DNA of 64,000 bases, from positions 49,972,001-50,036,000 of the forward strand of contig CM060732.1 of NCBI GenBank assembly GCA_030704615.1. The letters are read 5' to 3'. The notes beneath the pieces are model-generated. The model saw only the letters and a program-made list of their open reading frames with translations, did not search any database and had not been told where the DNA came from. Numbering within the stretch: the stretch's first letter is position 1; each line of letters opens with the position of its first letter. A program made the translations under genes and the position numbers. The DNA is from Takakia lepidozioides. Taxonomy: Eukaryota; Plantae; Bryophyta. Positions 10,791 to 22,713 of the stretch are shown one piece after another.

Positions 10791-13700
10791 TAGTGAAAGA
10801 GCACTCCTTGTTGCATAAGGAAACCGGTATTCTGGTTCACTTTCCAGGTCGTGCGAGAGATAGATACTGGGCCAGGCGTTGGACCCAGGAACACCTCGGC
10901 CCTACAGGGGGTCTCACGCACCACTTCTGCATTCCGCTCGGTCGGGGTTTCTACTCAATTATGTTCATATCGGCTGAGCATGCAGAGAAGGCCTTACAGT
11001 TCAACATCCTGAGATCAAGGTACAGAGTAAATTTGTTCCCTTGGTCTCCCGAATGGGGGCACAAGGGGGGGGGTGACTTGTAAGCCTCGCATCATCGCAC
11101 TCCCGTTCCTTCCAGGTAGCTACTGACGCTCTTTGCCTGAAATTGGGGCTCACTTTGGAGCGTTTATTGGTTCCATCCTTCCGAATGACCACTTCTTCGC
11201 TGAGCAGCAAAGAGATGATATCGAAAGAGGACACTTCCAGGAACATCGTGATAGTGGAATTCCCAGGTTGGTAGTCATTAGGCCAGAAAAGGCAAAGATT
11301 CCGCGCACTATTAAGCTTCCATCCTTGGATGGCTCCTTCATCTCGGTTGTGACCCAGGAGGAAATTCTTTCCACTGTTTGCCATCATTGTCATCGAGAGG
11401 GGCATGTTAAGGCGGGCTGCCCTGCCCTGCATGGTAACATAAATGAACCCTTATCTCCTCTCCCCCTTGTTGCTACAGTGGGGACTTCTAGGCAAGGGGG
11501 CTCCATTCTTCCCTCTCCATTAGTGAGAAAAAGGTTGGACTCCTCCTCCCTCATGAGCAACCCCCGGCAAAGAGGTTTCGAGACTCTTTCACTGGTTCTC
11601 CTTCGGTGAGCCCTAAAGTTTTTCTGCTGCCTCCGCGGTCACTTGTTTCTGCGACTGTCCCTCCTTCTCCCCCGGCGGTGTTCTCTCTAGGTGACGAGGA
11701 GCATCCTAATTTGGCCTCTTTTTGCTTGTCTCACTTGGCTTCTTTCTCGGATGTTGTCCTTTCTGAGGTCTCCTTGAATGATATTATTCCGCCCAATGGT
11801 TACTTGGTGGTAAGCATCATAATCACGCCTATTATTGTCGGGTTCCCTGGGGGAAGTCCCTCAATCCTGCTCTCCGGCCTCTCCACCTTCCTATAGTTCA
11901 TGGATCTCTGATAGGGATATAAGAATGTTAACCCCATCTCTTGAGCTCAATCTGGTGGTGTCAAAGGTGATCGAGCTTTTTTCTTCTAAACTCCCTTCTT
12001 TTTCTCTATCAGCTGACACTGCCCTCTTCTTGGGGGCCTATCTGGGTAAGGACAACTCATCTAATTTCCCCTATACCATACAAGTTCTCCCGGTCATGCG
12101 TTTTTCTGACGTGTGTGACCAGGATGCAGGCGAGGGGGGGTTTAGGTGGGTTTCTGATGCAGAATTCCCCGCTGATTGTGGCTCCGCGGCGGATTTGCCT
12201 TGGCTGGCTCAAACATATGCTGTTGGGAGGAAGCTGCTGATGGCATCGAAGAAAGCCAAGGGTTTGGAGGTGGAGCTTCAAAACCCCCTCTCATCGGATG
12301 GTCTGACGGTTTTCAACATTAGGGATTTGGAGGCAAGGGAGGTCGCTCTGGCACCTGTGGAGAAGGATTTCCAGGCACTCCCATCGGTGAGCCTTTATCA
12401 GCTCTCCCTATCTCATTTGTGCGTATTTGATGATCCCTGGTGGTGCTCTGGTGCGGTTCTCTCTTGTTTTCGGAGGTTTCTCCCGCGGTGTCGATTTTCA
12501 GGCAGTATGATGAAGTGCTGCTCGGTTTTTAAGCTGATTCCCTGGCTGTCCAGATTAACGGCAGATTCTCTAAGTGATGGCAAGTTGGCCAATCTTCTCA
12601 GAATTATGCCCTACTGCTATGGGGATGTCCGAACACTTTCGATCTATCCTTCTCCAGCTCCAAGTCTTTGGGGGATCCGGTTTTTCTAGTCAGGCTCACG
12701 TGAGATCAGCGAGGCCACAATGGAGTTGCCAACTTTACATGACCAGCCTGACCAACCTGTTCATCTGCTGCTCTTCTTGTCACCCAAGCCATGAAGTCAT
12801 GGATATGCCATGGGCTTCCAAGATTTCCCTCCATGAATTTTACGCATACCTCATGGAATATAAGAGGCATTGGATCTGATGCCTCTATGCCCAAGAGACG
12901 AAGGTTACAGCAGTGGGTCGGGGATTTTAGGAGCTCTAATGCTATTATCTTCCTGCAGGAGCATAAGCTAGATGCAACTAAAATCCAAGCTTTAGGCAGT
13001 TCCATTTGGCCTAGCAATGCAGCTTGGTGGAACCCTTCTATCGTGGACTCAAGAGGGGGTACAGCTATTTTGATCTCTCCCTCTTTGACTTCTTTCTTCT
13101 CTTCTGTTGATTCCTGGATGCAAGGAAGAATTCAAGTTGCTTTTTCCTCGCTCAATTCTGCTTTTGAGGCATGCGCTTTTGTGAACCTTTATGCCCCTAA
13201 TTCTGTCGCAGAAAGAATCGAATTTTGGACTTTCCTTCGGCTCAAGATACAGGCTTACCCTAATGTACCCCATTGGATTATAGCTGGTGATTTCAATATG
13301 GTTGAAAATCCTCATGATAGGCTTGGTTCAGCTTCTCATACCTTGTCCTCGGATGAATCTGATGCCTGGAATGCTTTGTGCTTTGAGGTGGGGATGTCTG
13401 ATTCCTTTATCCATTTTCAGAACGACTTGCTTTTCACCTGGTCCAATAACCGCACTCCGCCTGACCTCTGTATGGCCCGTTTGGATCGTATATATTGCTC
13501 TCCCACCCCTGCAATCTGGGTGAAGCCTTCACCCTTAGGGCCTGTCCTTCCAGGTTTTGACCATGCAGCGGTGAGTGCTTCTTTCGCTATGCCTGGGGCA
13601 CATGCCAAGGGAAGGGGTTTTTTCAAACTAAACCCCTCCATCCTGGTTATCCCCGAGTATCTTGAGATCATCAAGAAAGCTTGGCTATCTTCTGGTCAGG

Positions 13701-16700
13701 ACTTTGCCTCTCCCTCGATTCGCTTCCTCAAAAAGCTGGAGGCTGTCAGGAAAATTGCTCAAGAGCTTTCTAGATCTTTCGCCATGAACAGAAATAAGAA
13801 GGAGAAGGCCCTCCTTAAATGCTTAGCTCAATGCCAGAAGGTAATGGAATCGGGCTGGGCTTACTCTCAAGCATGGGATTCTTATCTTTTGGCAAAAAGA
13901 AATTTGGCTGAGCTCACTCATGCGAAGGAAGAAAACATGAGAAGAAAGGCCGCGGCATCAATTTGTCTTTGAAGGGGGAAAAGATGTCTCGGTATTTCTT
14001 TATAAAAACCCAAGCAACGCCGTGCGGCTACTACCATTGCTTCCCTGAAAAATGAGCAGGGGCTACAGGTGTCAAACCCCAAAAAAATGGCTTCATTGCA
14101 GCTTCCCACTATGCTTCCTTGTTCTCTGATCGACCGTCTGCCCCTGCCCAGCTGGTAGCTCGTGCTGAAGTACTGTCTACGTTTAAGTCAGTGGTCACCG
14201 AGGCTGAACTAGAGAAGCTTTCTGCCCCCTTTTTCTCCATGGAGCTTTCAGATGCTCTGGCGAAGTTGGCCTCTTTCAAGTCTCCTGGGATCGATGGGTT
14301 ACATGTTGAGCTTGTTTAGCTATCTGGGCGGTGTGTGGAGATGACTTTGTCTCCTTCGCTGAAGACATTTTGCTAAAAGGGATAATGCCCTCTCAGATCT
14401 CTCAAGGGGTTATTACACTCATCACAAGAAGGGCGACCGTGATTCCATTTTGAACTATAGGCCGATCACCTTGTTGAACGCTGTTTACAAAATAATAGCT
14501 AAAGCTCTAGCCATTAGGCTGCAGCCGCTTCTCTACAAGTTGATACGGCCTGAGCAGACAAGTTTTCTCAAAGACCGTATGATTTTGGACAATATCCTTC
14601 TTGCGCATGAAGCTCTACACACTGCATACGAATCTAATCAGCCTCTTGCTCTTCTGATGGACTTCAAGAAGGCATTCGATAACATTGAGTGGAGCTATCT
14701 GTTAGGTGCTCTTCAAGCCTGTGGAATTAAAGGCAATTTCCTCCACTGGATCCGTATCCTTCTCCACTCAGCCTCCAGTAAAGTCCTAGTGAACGGGTCA
14801 ATCTCTTCCTCCTTCCCCCTCTCCCGCTCGGTGCGTCAGGGTTGCCCCCTCTCCCCCTTCCTTTTTATTATAGCGGCTGATGGCCTTAGTCATCTCCTTC
14901 AGAGCAGACCTGAGGTGGTGGGTCTTAGAATCATCCACCCTTCCATCCCAGACTACAGTATCAAATCCTCGCTCTACGCCGATGACACTTCTCTTTTCGT
15001 GGATAACAGCTCTGAGGCCAATGTCCAAGGCACTCTCCTTTCCTTATCTGATTTCTGTATGGCTTCTGGACTGAACATTAACTGGACGAAGTCAAAAGGA
15101 ATTCTATCTAAATTGAGAGACGGGGCGGGAGGCGCAGCTCATTGTCCACCTTGGGGAGAAGACCTCAGTCGCTCATGGCTTCAGGATGGGCAGTCTCATG
15201 TCTTGCTGGGTCATCTTGTGGGGCATGATCTTTCTGACCAGCTTAGGGCGGATGTTGTCTTAGAAGTAAGCTAAATTATTGGTGCTCGGTCCACCTTTCC
15301 ATAGTTGGTAGAGCTCTTATTGTGAACCAAGTTTTAGAAGCCTCATGTTGGTTCTCGGCCTCTGTATGGTCTCCTGGGAAGCTCTTTATCAGGCAGATGA
15401 AAGCCTTGATTCGGAATTTCATTTGGGGGGCTTCTTCCCCGGGGCAGACCCGGCGTGCCCTCATAAGTTGGCGGCACTTAACGCAGAAGAAATGCAATGG
15501 TGGCCTTGGGATTATTGACCCACAGTCCCAGATCTCAGCTTTGCTTGCCAAGTGGTTCCTAGAATTTTCAAGCATTCGTTATCTCCTTGGAGTCTCCTGG
15601 TCCGTCATCACCTGGTTCAAGCTCGCCCGGCTCCAGCGTTGATCTGGCCTCCCTCCCTCAGATGGACAGTGCAAGGGGGTTCTTCCAACTCCAAAGCTCT
15701 CTCGGGCTCCGCAGCTTAGGGATCAATTTGGCAAGCTTGGGTGGCCATGAGGGATCACCTCTCCCAAATTATGCCTCGGACTCCTGAAGAAACGCTCAGG
15801 CAGCCATTATTCGCTAATTATAACCGAGATTCGGAGGTGCTGGTTAGATGTTCTTCTCGGTGGGCCCATTGGGAAGCTTCGGGTATCTCCAACTTCTTCC
15901 ATGTGTGGGAAAATGGAGCTCTCATTCCTGCAGAGACAGCTGAGGACTCCCTCTCGCGAAGTAGATTGAGAGCTGGGTGGGAGACATGTTCGCTGGGGTT
16001 GCCTGAATCTTTGGAGCATTGTCTAGTGTCTCGCCCTCTCGCACACCTTGTCTGGTCCAAAGTCATTCGTTATATGCTCTTTGGAACTCAGTCCCTGCAG
16101 ATGCATCTTCTGTCTTGCTGCTGAATTTTAATGCTGGTGGGGTGTGGTCAGTCTGCCCTGTTTGGGCGGTATTTCGTGCGCACACACTGTGGAACATCTG
16201 GAAAGCCAGATGTGCCTTAATTTTCACGGGTAAGCCTTTTTGTGTTAGGGCCGTCCTTTTTAAGGCTCACTCAGACCTCCTGTCTGAGGCACATAAGGTG
16301 TGGCTTGTGTTGGGGGCAGCTCTTTCCAGATGTGCGGAAAGGAGAGCCATCAAGCTCCTCCAAGACTTTGACCAATCTTGGGGCAGAGGTGGGCTGATCT
16401 GCACCAGAATTTACGATCAAGGGTGCGGTGGAACGACGAGATCCCGCAAGAGTGGCAGCTCACTTAGTTCCATGCGCTCCCCCTTGGGGGTGATGAGCCT
16501 TAAGTGAATTGGCGCCATTGCAAATCCTATAAGAAGGGCAAAGCAAAAGCGCTGTCTTTTGGCAGTTTGAATTAATGTCTTGGTTTTGCTAATTCTGGTT
16601 CCCAGTTACGTTGGCGGTTTTTCCCTTGTAAGAGCTTAACTCTGGCTTCTTGGGTCACTGGCCTCTCAGTAGTGTTCTGCCTAGAGCTGTGAGTTTTTGC

Positions 16701-17180
16701 AGCCAGCCTGGATAGTTTTATTCTGCCTTGGATAGGAGTTATGGCAGCCTTTTTTGGCACTGGCCTCTTAGTTCTGATTCTGCCTGGATCTGTGAGTTTG
16801 GGCAGCCAACATGGATAGTTTTGTCCTGACTTTGGCTGGGAGTTCTGGCAGCCAGCCTTGGCACCCCCTGCTCTCCCCACCTCCCTTGCACCTTTCTTAG
16901 GCTCTGGGCCCCACGTTCTGCTCTTTCTTGTTCAATTTCTAGGTAGCTGGCAGATCGCGCCTCCCAGAGTTCTTGCTTCCGATAGGCTCCTCCTTGCACC
17001 CCTCTCTAGACGATTTGGTCACGAAGCTTTGTCTTCCTGGGTCAGCCTCCATGGCACTCATGGTAGAGGTTATTTTTTCCTCTTGTACTTCTCGAACCGT
17101 CGGTTCTGCCTTTTGAAATAAAATAAAATAACCAGGGCGTCAGTTCCTTGTTTAAAAATTAAAAATAAAATAAAAACAAA
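10791..17180 (+). mobile_element. Degenerate L1-clade LINE (ORF1, then ORF2 with APE and RT), 5' end cut at the Gypsy LTR
   Basis: ORF1: RRM-like GRGFYSIMF...LFPWSPE and zinc knuckle CHHCHREGHVKAGC. ORF2 from ~12834: SWNIRG, FLQEHK, YAPN, AGDFN, RLDRIY, then NYRPITLLN, DFKKAFD, RQGCPLSP, YADD, LWNIWKARC. Many frameshifts. A-rich tail 17154-17180. Confidence 0.9.
16656..16853 (+). repeat. Two imperfect ~100 bp tandem copies in the LINE 3' UTR
   Basis: CACTGGCCTCT...TTCTGCCT...CTGTGAGTTT...GCAGCCA...TGGATAGTTTT occurs at 16656 and again at 16758. Confidence 0.7.
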
Positions 17181-17849
17181 TGTGCCTCCAAATGAAGTAC
17201 TTTTTTTTTCTACAAAATTTCTAAAACCCAGTGGTGGATGTGTGTATATAATGCTCACACACCACAAGGTGAAGTGAGTTTTATATTTTTTAAATTTGTA
17301 CTAACTCTATTAATTTTACAATTTGGGCTTGTTTACTTGCCACATCAGCAGTCAACAAGCCCTTTACACTGCCAAATCTGACATAGTTATCTTAGATATT
17401 TTCTGTAGGTGGTAGTTTTTGTTTTTTTTTAATATTTTTCATTTTGCATCATATTGGAGACAAGTCCTTTGTCATAAAAGCGTCAGGAGTGGCCCCATCA
17501 AAGGAGATCCGCTGAAATTAGGTGGAAGTGGAAATTCAGAGCGACCCGATTGGGGTCGCTTGGGAAATTAAGGGTTAAGGATTTGGTTTTTTTATGAACA
17601 TTTTGAGATGTAAATATGTGTTTTCCTATACAATATATCTAGTAATAATGTGCTTGATTACAAGACGGTGGTCCAAATGAAGTATTGCGCATGACCAGTG
17701 GAAAGAATCAAATTTACTGTTAAACAGCAAGGGGGCAAAACAAAATCCATCCGGAATGCTATTAAAATTTGTATATTTTCAAATACCCAGAACTATGTAG
17801 CTGTTATGGAAATATTTTCAAACTATATAACCTGAACATCTGTACCAGT

Positions 17850-18420
17850 GTTTTTTTTTTAATTATTTTAATTATTTTAATTTAAATAATAAATATTTTA
17901 AGGGAACAGGGGACAGAGGCCCTGGATGACTTTATTGAAAATTATTGAAGGGAAAAAATTAAAACCCTTGTGTGCCCCAGGGCTGCCATAAGGCATGTTC
18001 ACATGGTTGACCATGCCGGATAACTTAAGAACCAAGAAACAATGACTCCAAGGGGCTCAGGAGCGGAGGGGAGGAAGATGGAGATGGAACTTAGAGAGAC
18101 TCAGAATCTAGTCTATCTATGAAAGTGGAGTCTTGTTCTTGAGGAAGGCATGATGTGCCTCCAATTAATATCAGATCTGTCGAACTCCGGGGGAGGCCGA
18201 AGAGCCTGGCTATGTGTCCCTACCAACAATTTGGAACAGTCCACCCAAACACAAGAAAGATCATCAGTGCAGCTACAAAGGATCCCACACTTCCTCCACG
18301 TTGCTAGGAAGGCATGGAGGAGGCCAGGCTTGCGGCCAGGCTTCTTGGCGACCTCTGCACACAGTGACGCCCAAGCTTTCTTAGCTGCTTACTGTAAGAT
18401 AATTAAAAAAAGACCATAGT
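17850..18420 (-). mobile_element. 5'-truncated L1-like LINE 3' end
   Basis: T-rich tail on the plus strand at ~17850-17900, terminal motif CCAGGGC...CCCCTGTT on the minus strand, ORF2-like C-terminal peptide. Clearly similar to 44051-44160. Confidence 0.6.
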
Positions 18421-18689
18421 CAGAAGCGCAGTAGGGGATGTGTTCTCATTTTTGAGGGCCCATTCACATCGGCCCTTCCAAATGTTCCAAAGAGTGGAAC
18501 TTCTAAGGGTCTCAAAAACCATACAGTCTTAGGCCTTGGATTTGCCCTCTTGATCGTAGTTGAGAAGGATGGCCAGTGAGGTAGAGGGCATGAGGTTCCA
18601 TGTAGGAATCTCTCACCAGAGGCCAAATAGCCTGAGGTGCGGAACAGTAAAGGAGACATTGCTCAATGGATTCAATGGTTCCAATGTAA

Positions 18690-18917
18690 CAGTGTTTTCG
18701 AATCTGGCGAAAAATCGCCAGATTTCGACCTGGAAAATGGGTCAGCTACTTTTATTATGGAATTATGGGAGTAAAATTCAGAAAATTCGCCAAAAAGCGC
18801 CAATGGATAAATATCATGAGCCAGAATTTTCCTACGTGGACCTGTTAAAATGTGACACCTGTTATATAGCCACTTTTCTAACCCTGCCACCTCGTTATTG
18901 TCGCCACATAGGCACTG
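18690..18917. mobile_element. Possible short non-autonomous DNA element (MITE-like)
   Basis: CAGTG...CACTG ends, internal palindrome ATCTGGCGA-AAAA-TCGCCAGAT, repeated TCGCCA. No TSD found. Confidence 0.3.
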
Positions 18918-21620
18918 GGTAGAATTTACATGTAGCCTTTCAGGCTTTTGGAAAAGTGAAGAAAAAAACACTGATCTGTACAATTAGTCATGTATGGCGG
19001 ACCGAGGGCGAGAACCCCAGGTCTCGGGTTCAAACCCCGTGGAAGGTCTGACACAGTCTGATAGATCTAGATCGAGCTAGGGTTGCAGCCTCCAGCACTC
19101 TCTGAACTCACTTTCTGTCCCTGTCACGTCTACTTAAGTTAGCTTCAAAGAGGAAAGATGTTATTGTGAGGATGAGCGTCGCAGGTGTCAGAGGAGGTAA
19201 CATAAGTGTTATACAGAGACAAGAGCAGACTCATCAGGGACATCGTCTACTTTGGGTCTGTATACCCTGCATATCAGCTGTAAATATGAGGTCATCTTTG
19301 CAGCCCTTTGTAAGCCTCGGTATGAAGGAAGCATTTGTATTCTGATTTGGGTTGCAAAGATTTTCTGGGTAGCCCCTTGCAGCAGTGGCCTCCGATCTGT
19401 GGATATACATAAGTTTCGTTCATTCAGAACAAAACGAGTCTAGACCTGGACGACATAGTACAGAGAGAAGCTAGAAACTGTACGTACATAAGTGATGACG
19501 TGTGTCTGGTGCTCCTACCTTATCCTACCTTACCTTCAGAATTAAAATAACCACCAGCCGGACCCCAGTTGGAGAAGCACGGAGTGCAAACCAGCACACA
19601 CCTAAACTCTGAAAACCCATGTCGTATAGGTACACATATGTAGTTCACGAGTTTGCTCTCACATGCCCTTGCGTGTTGATGATAGCGGGTCTACAGTGGC
19701 CATCAGTGCGCGCTGGCTACAGCTCATGGGGGGATGCGCTTCAGACAGCTGCATACGTAACACTCAATTCGTAGTCTGTGTGCCACGGGGTGGAGTCCGA
19801 CCAACGCATCCAAAAAAACTATCTCTTATCCCGAGCAGCATGGCTGCCTGGACGCCACAGCCACAAAGCTTCAATTCCGGCCTGCCTGCCTCACTCATAA
19901 CCTGCAGCATCTGCTCGCAGCTTGCCTTGTCTTGGCTTCACTCTGTTCTTTCCACAGAACTCAACCCAGTGTGATCATGGTTTTCTGCCATATCAGGGTT
20001 GGCCGAGTGTTTGCAGCTCATCACAAGACGCTGCTCTTATTTATGAGGGTCATGAATGAGAATAAAGGGATGGTGAGTTGGGTGTCACTGTTTGAAATGG
20101 TAACTGCTTTGTGTGCTGCCAACTTCCAAGTTGACGCAAACTATTTAGTGGACTGAAAAGCAAGTCGTAATCACACTGCCTGCATCACTGAATGAGCAGA
20201 CTCTCTGGAGTCTGGCATGACAGAAGGAATTGAATGTATGAATGCTTCCGAATTCCAATACATCAAATATGCAAAGTCTGAGCTTCCAAATTACATACAA
20301 CAGTGGTCCCAAGGGAAGCATTATATCTGTCCAAAGTCCACATGCTTATAGTTACCTCCTAACTGTCTACAGTTACATTGTGTGGCAGAGATCCACAGTC
20401 CAGTTGAGATAGGCGATAATACAGACGGCTGAGATTGACAGACAGGCGTTTAGAGCAGTGGGTGCAAGAGTAAATAAGGAAGGGGGGCTGAACGCTCATT
20501 CAATGCCGGCCTTTAGTACAAGGAAAACTAAAAAGGAGAGAAGAAGACGTACTTTACTTAATGCGGGGCACGAATGGGCCCTGCGGACGACAGAGTGCAT
20601 TCATCCATCAATCGGCGCGGTTGCTCCAGTACCTTAATGGACGCCCCGTACAGTACCGCGGAACCTCATTACGGGAGACCGCGTGCATTACTCCATCCAT
20701 AATTCGACCGCGCGGGTCTGCTCTTATGTAGCCCGGCATGCACACAATTCTTGCAATCGATATGGGATTATTATTTCTCTATCAATCCCCTACTTCTAAG
20801 TTAGGACTTAGCAGCCAATTAGGAAGCGCCCAAATGATGGGTCTGTTGTTTTCCACGTCCCACCCACGGATAGTATTATTTATTGCCAGATTCCAGAAGA
20901 GATTAATATAGAAGTTAAAGAAGATCAGCGTGAATGCACCCAATTTACTCCACACAACCCCATTTACTGTGTCCCCTTTTGTTTGTCATAATTTAATGAT
21001 ACGCTCTATTTTGTGTTGCCGCCCAAACTGCATTCATTCATCCTAAAGCCTCGGATGAATGCGCTCTGTCGTCCTCAGTTTGGCAGGCTAGTTTGTATTA
21101 GTTAGCGTTTAATTAGTGCCAAGCATGTAACAGAATCTGTTACCCAGATCTTGTGCAGTTATGGGTGATGATTAGCAACTAATCGGTTTGAAATTATAGT
21201 AATAAAACGACTAATTTATGACCTAATAACTCCTACTAATAAGACTATCCATCAATTATTTGATATAATGGACAGCACAAAGGAAGGTTTATAGACAGTA
21301 ATGACAAAGACTTTTATGGCTTTGGAAATCCTTACCTTGGACCAAGACTGGATGCATTTATGTCTACACAGTTATGTCATGACTACTTCCATCCATTTCG
21401 TCCGTTATGACTACTTCCATCCGTTGTGGCAGCTTTGGTTTCTGTTCATCCATGACGAGTGTCCTAGTTTGCTAAGCGCTGGGACGAGATTCGTCCATAA
21501 TGGATGAATATCGTGGCAGTTTGAATAGTGATAGAAAATATGCGGGGCGCCGCCAGAGAGGGGTGGTTCTTTATCACAGCCGCCTCTCCTTCATGTCCTT
21601 GTGTGCGCGTGTGTGCCACC

Positions 21621-21648
21621 CTCTCTCTCTCTCTCTCTCTCTCTCTCC
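21621..21648 (+). repeat. (CT)n microsatellite, probably near the transcription start of the downstream gene
   Basis: About 13 CT units followed by a ~1 kb purine-rich leader to the ATG at 22714. Confidence 0.8.
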
Positions 21649-22713
21649 GGTCGCTGTCTGTCTCTCTACCATGTCCCCCCACGGGCCCACAAGATCGTAA
21701 TGTGCGTGCAGTGGTTGAAGAGAGATCGAGCAAGCATATAGAGAGGACAGAAAACTTGAAGCAAGAGGATAGAGAAGAGAGAGAAAACTTCAAGCAAGAT
21801 TGGGAGCCTTCGCTGAGTCATTGAGTGTGACAGTGGAGAGGGGTGTTGGGCTTTGCTTGCAGTCTGTCCTTATTTCAACCAGCGAGAAGAGAGAGAGATC
21901 GTTTACGGGTGCTGGAGGGCCTGTTGGACAAGGTGAACGGAAAGAAAGCAATTTTATAGCGTCCCCGGGGTTTGGCGAAGGGAGCTGGGGTCGTGCGTTC
22001 AATCAAGAATGATTTTGGCGGAAGAGGTGCAGGTTGATGATGGTTGCAGTCTGCGTAACGTGCTTGAGTTAGAGCGGGCACAAACCGGGCTTGGATTCCA
22101 GAGTGTGCTTGAACTAGAAGGGGCGCAGGCTTGTGAGAGTTGCAGCGTGATATATAAAGCATTGTTTGAAATAGATCGAAAGAGAGAGAGGAGCTAGAAA
22201 GACGACTTCTTGAGTTTGATCAGAAGGGGAGAGAGCAAACGTGTTGGGAGAAAGATCTTTTCTTGGGTTGGGTTGGCCCAAGTAGCAAGGGGAGGGAGGA
22301 GAAAGTTCTCGTCGCCCACAAACTGGTCCGGTGCGAAGCTGGAAGAGCTCGGGTAGAGATTGAGTACAGGTTATCGGGGAAGACAGAGTCTGTAAGGTTG
22401 AGAGGTTCCGAGGGATGACTTTATGATTCCGATGATGAAGAGAAAGAGTGAAATTCAACTGAGCGTGGAGTACACCTGAGATAAGAAAACTAGAGATTGG
22501 TCGTTAGGCAGAAGGAGTGAGGCTAAAAATTGTGGCGAACGATTCTTTTTAAAGATACCTGCCTAGCTGGTCACTGAGAAAGAGGGGCGAGGCAGGAGGC
22601 TGTCGTACTACAAAGGATCGTTGGCGACAAGAGTAAAAGAGGCAGAGCAATGCATTGTCGATTTCCACAGGAAAGCCCACTAAAGTAGTTCTTGTTGCTG
22701 GCGGGGAAGTCAA

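Noticed and set aside
18993-19045. tRNA gene or SINE head (GGTTCAAACCCC B-box-like)
   Set aside because: No acceptor stem or cloverleaf, weak A box, no tail or TSD visible. It could be a SINE remnant but is not supportable.
19100-21500. Short ORFs in the intergenic region
   Set aside because: No recognisable motifs or coherent exon structure.
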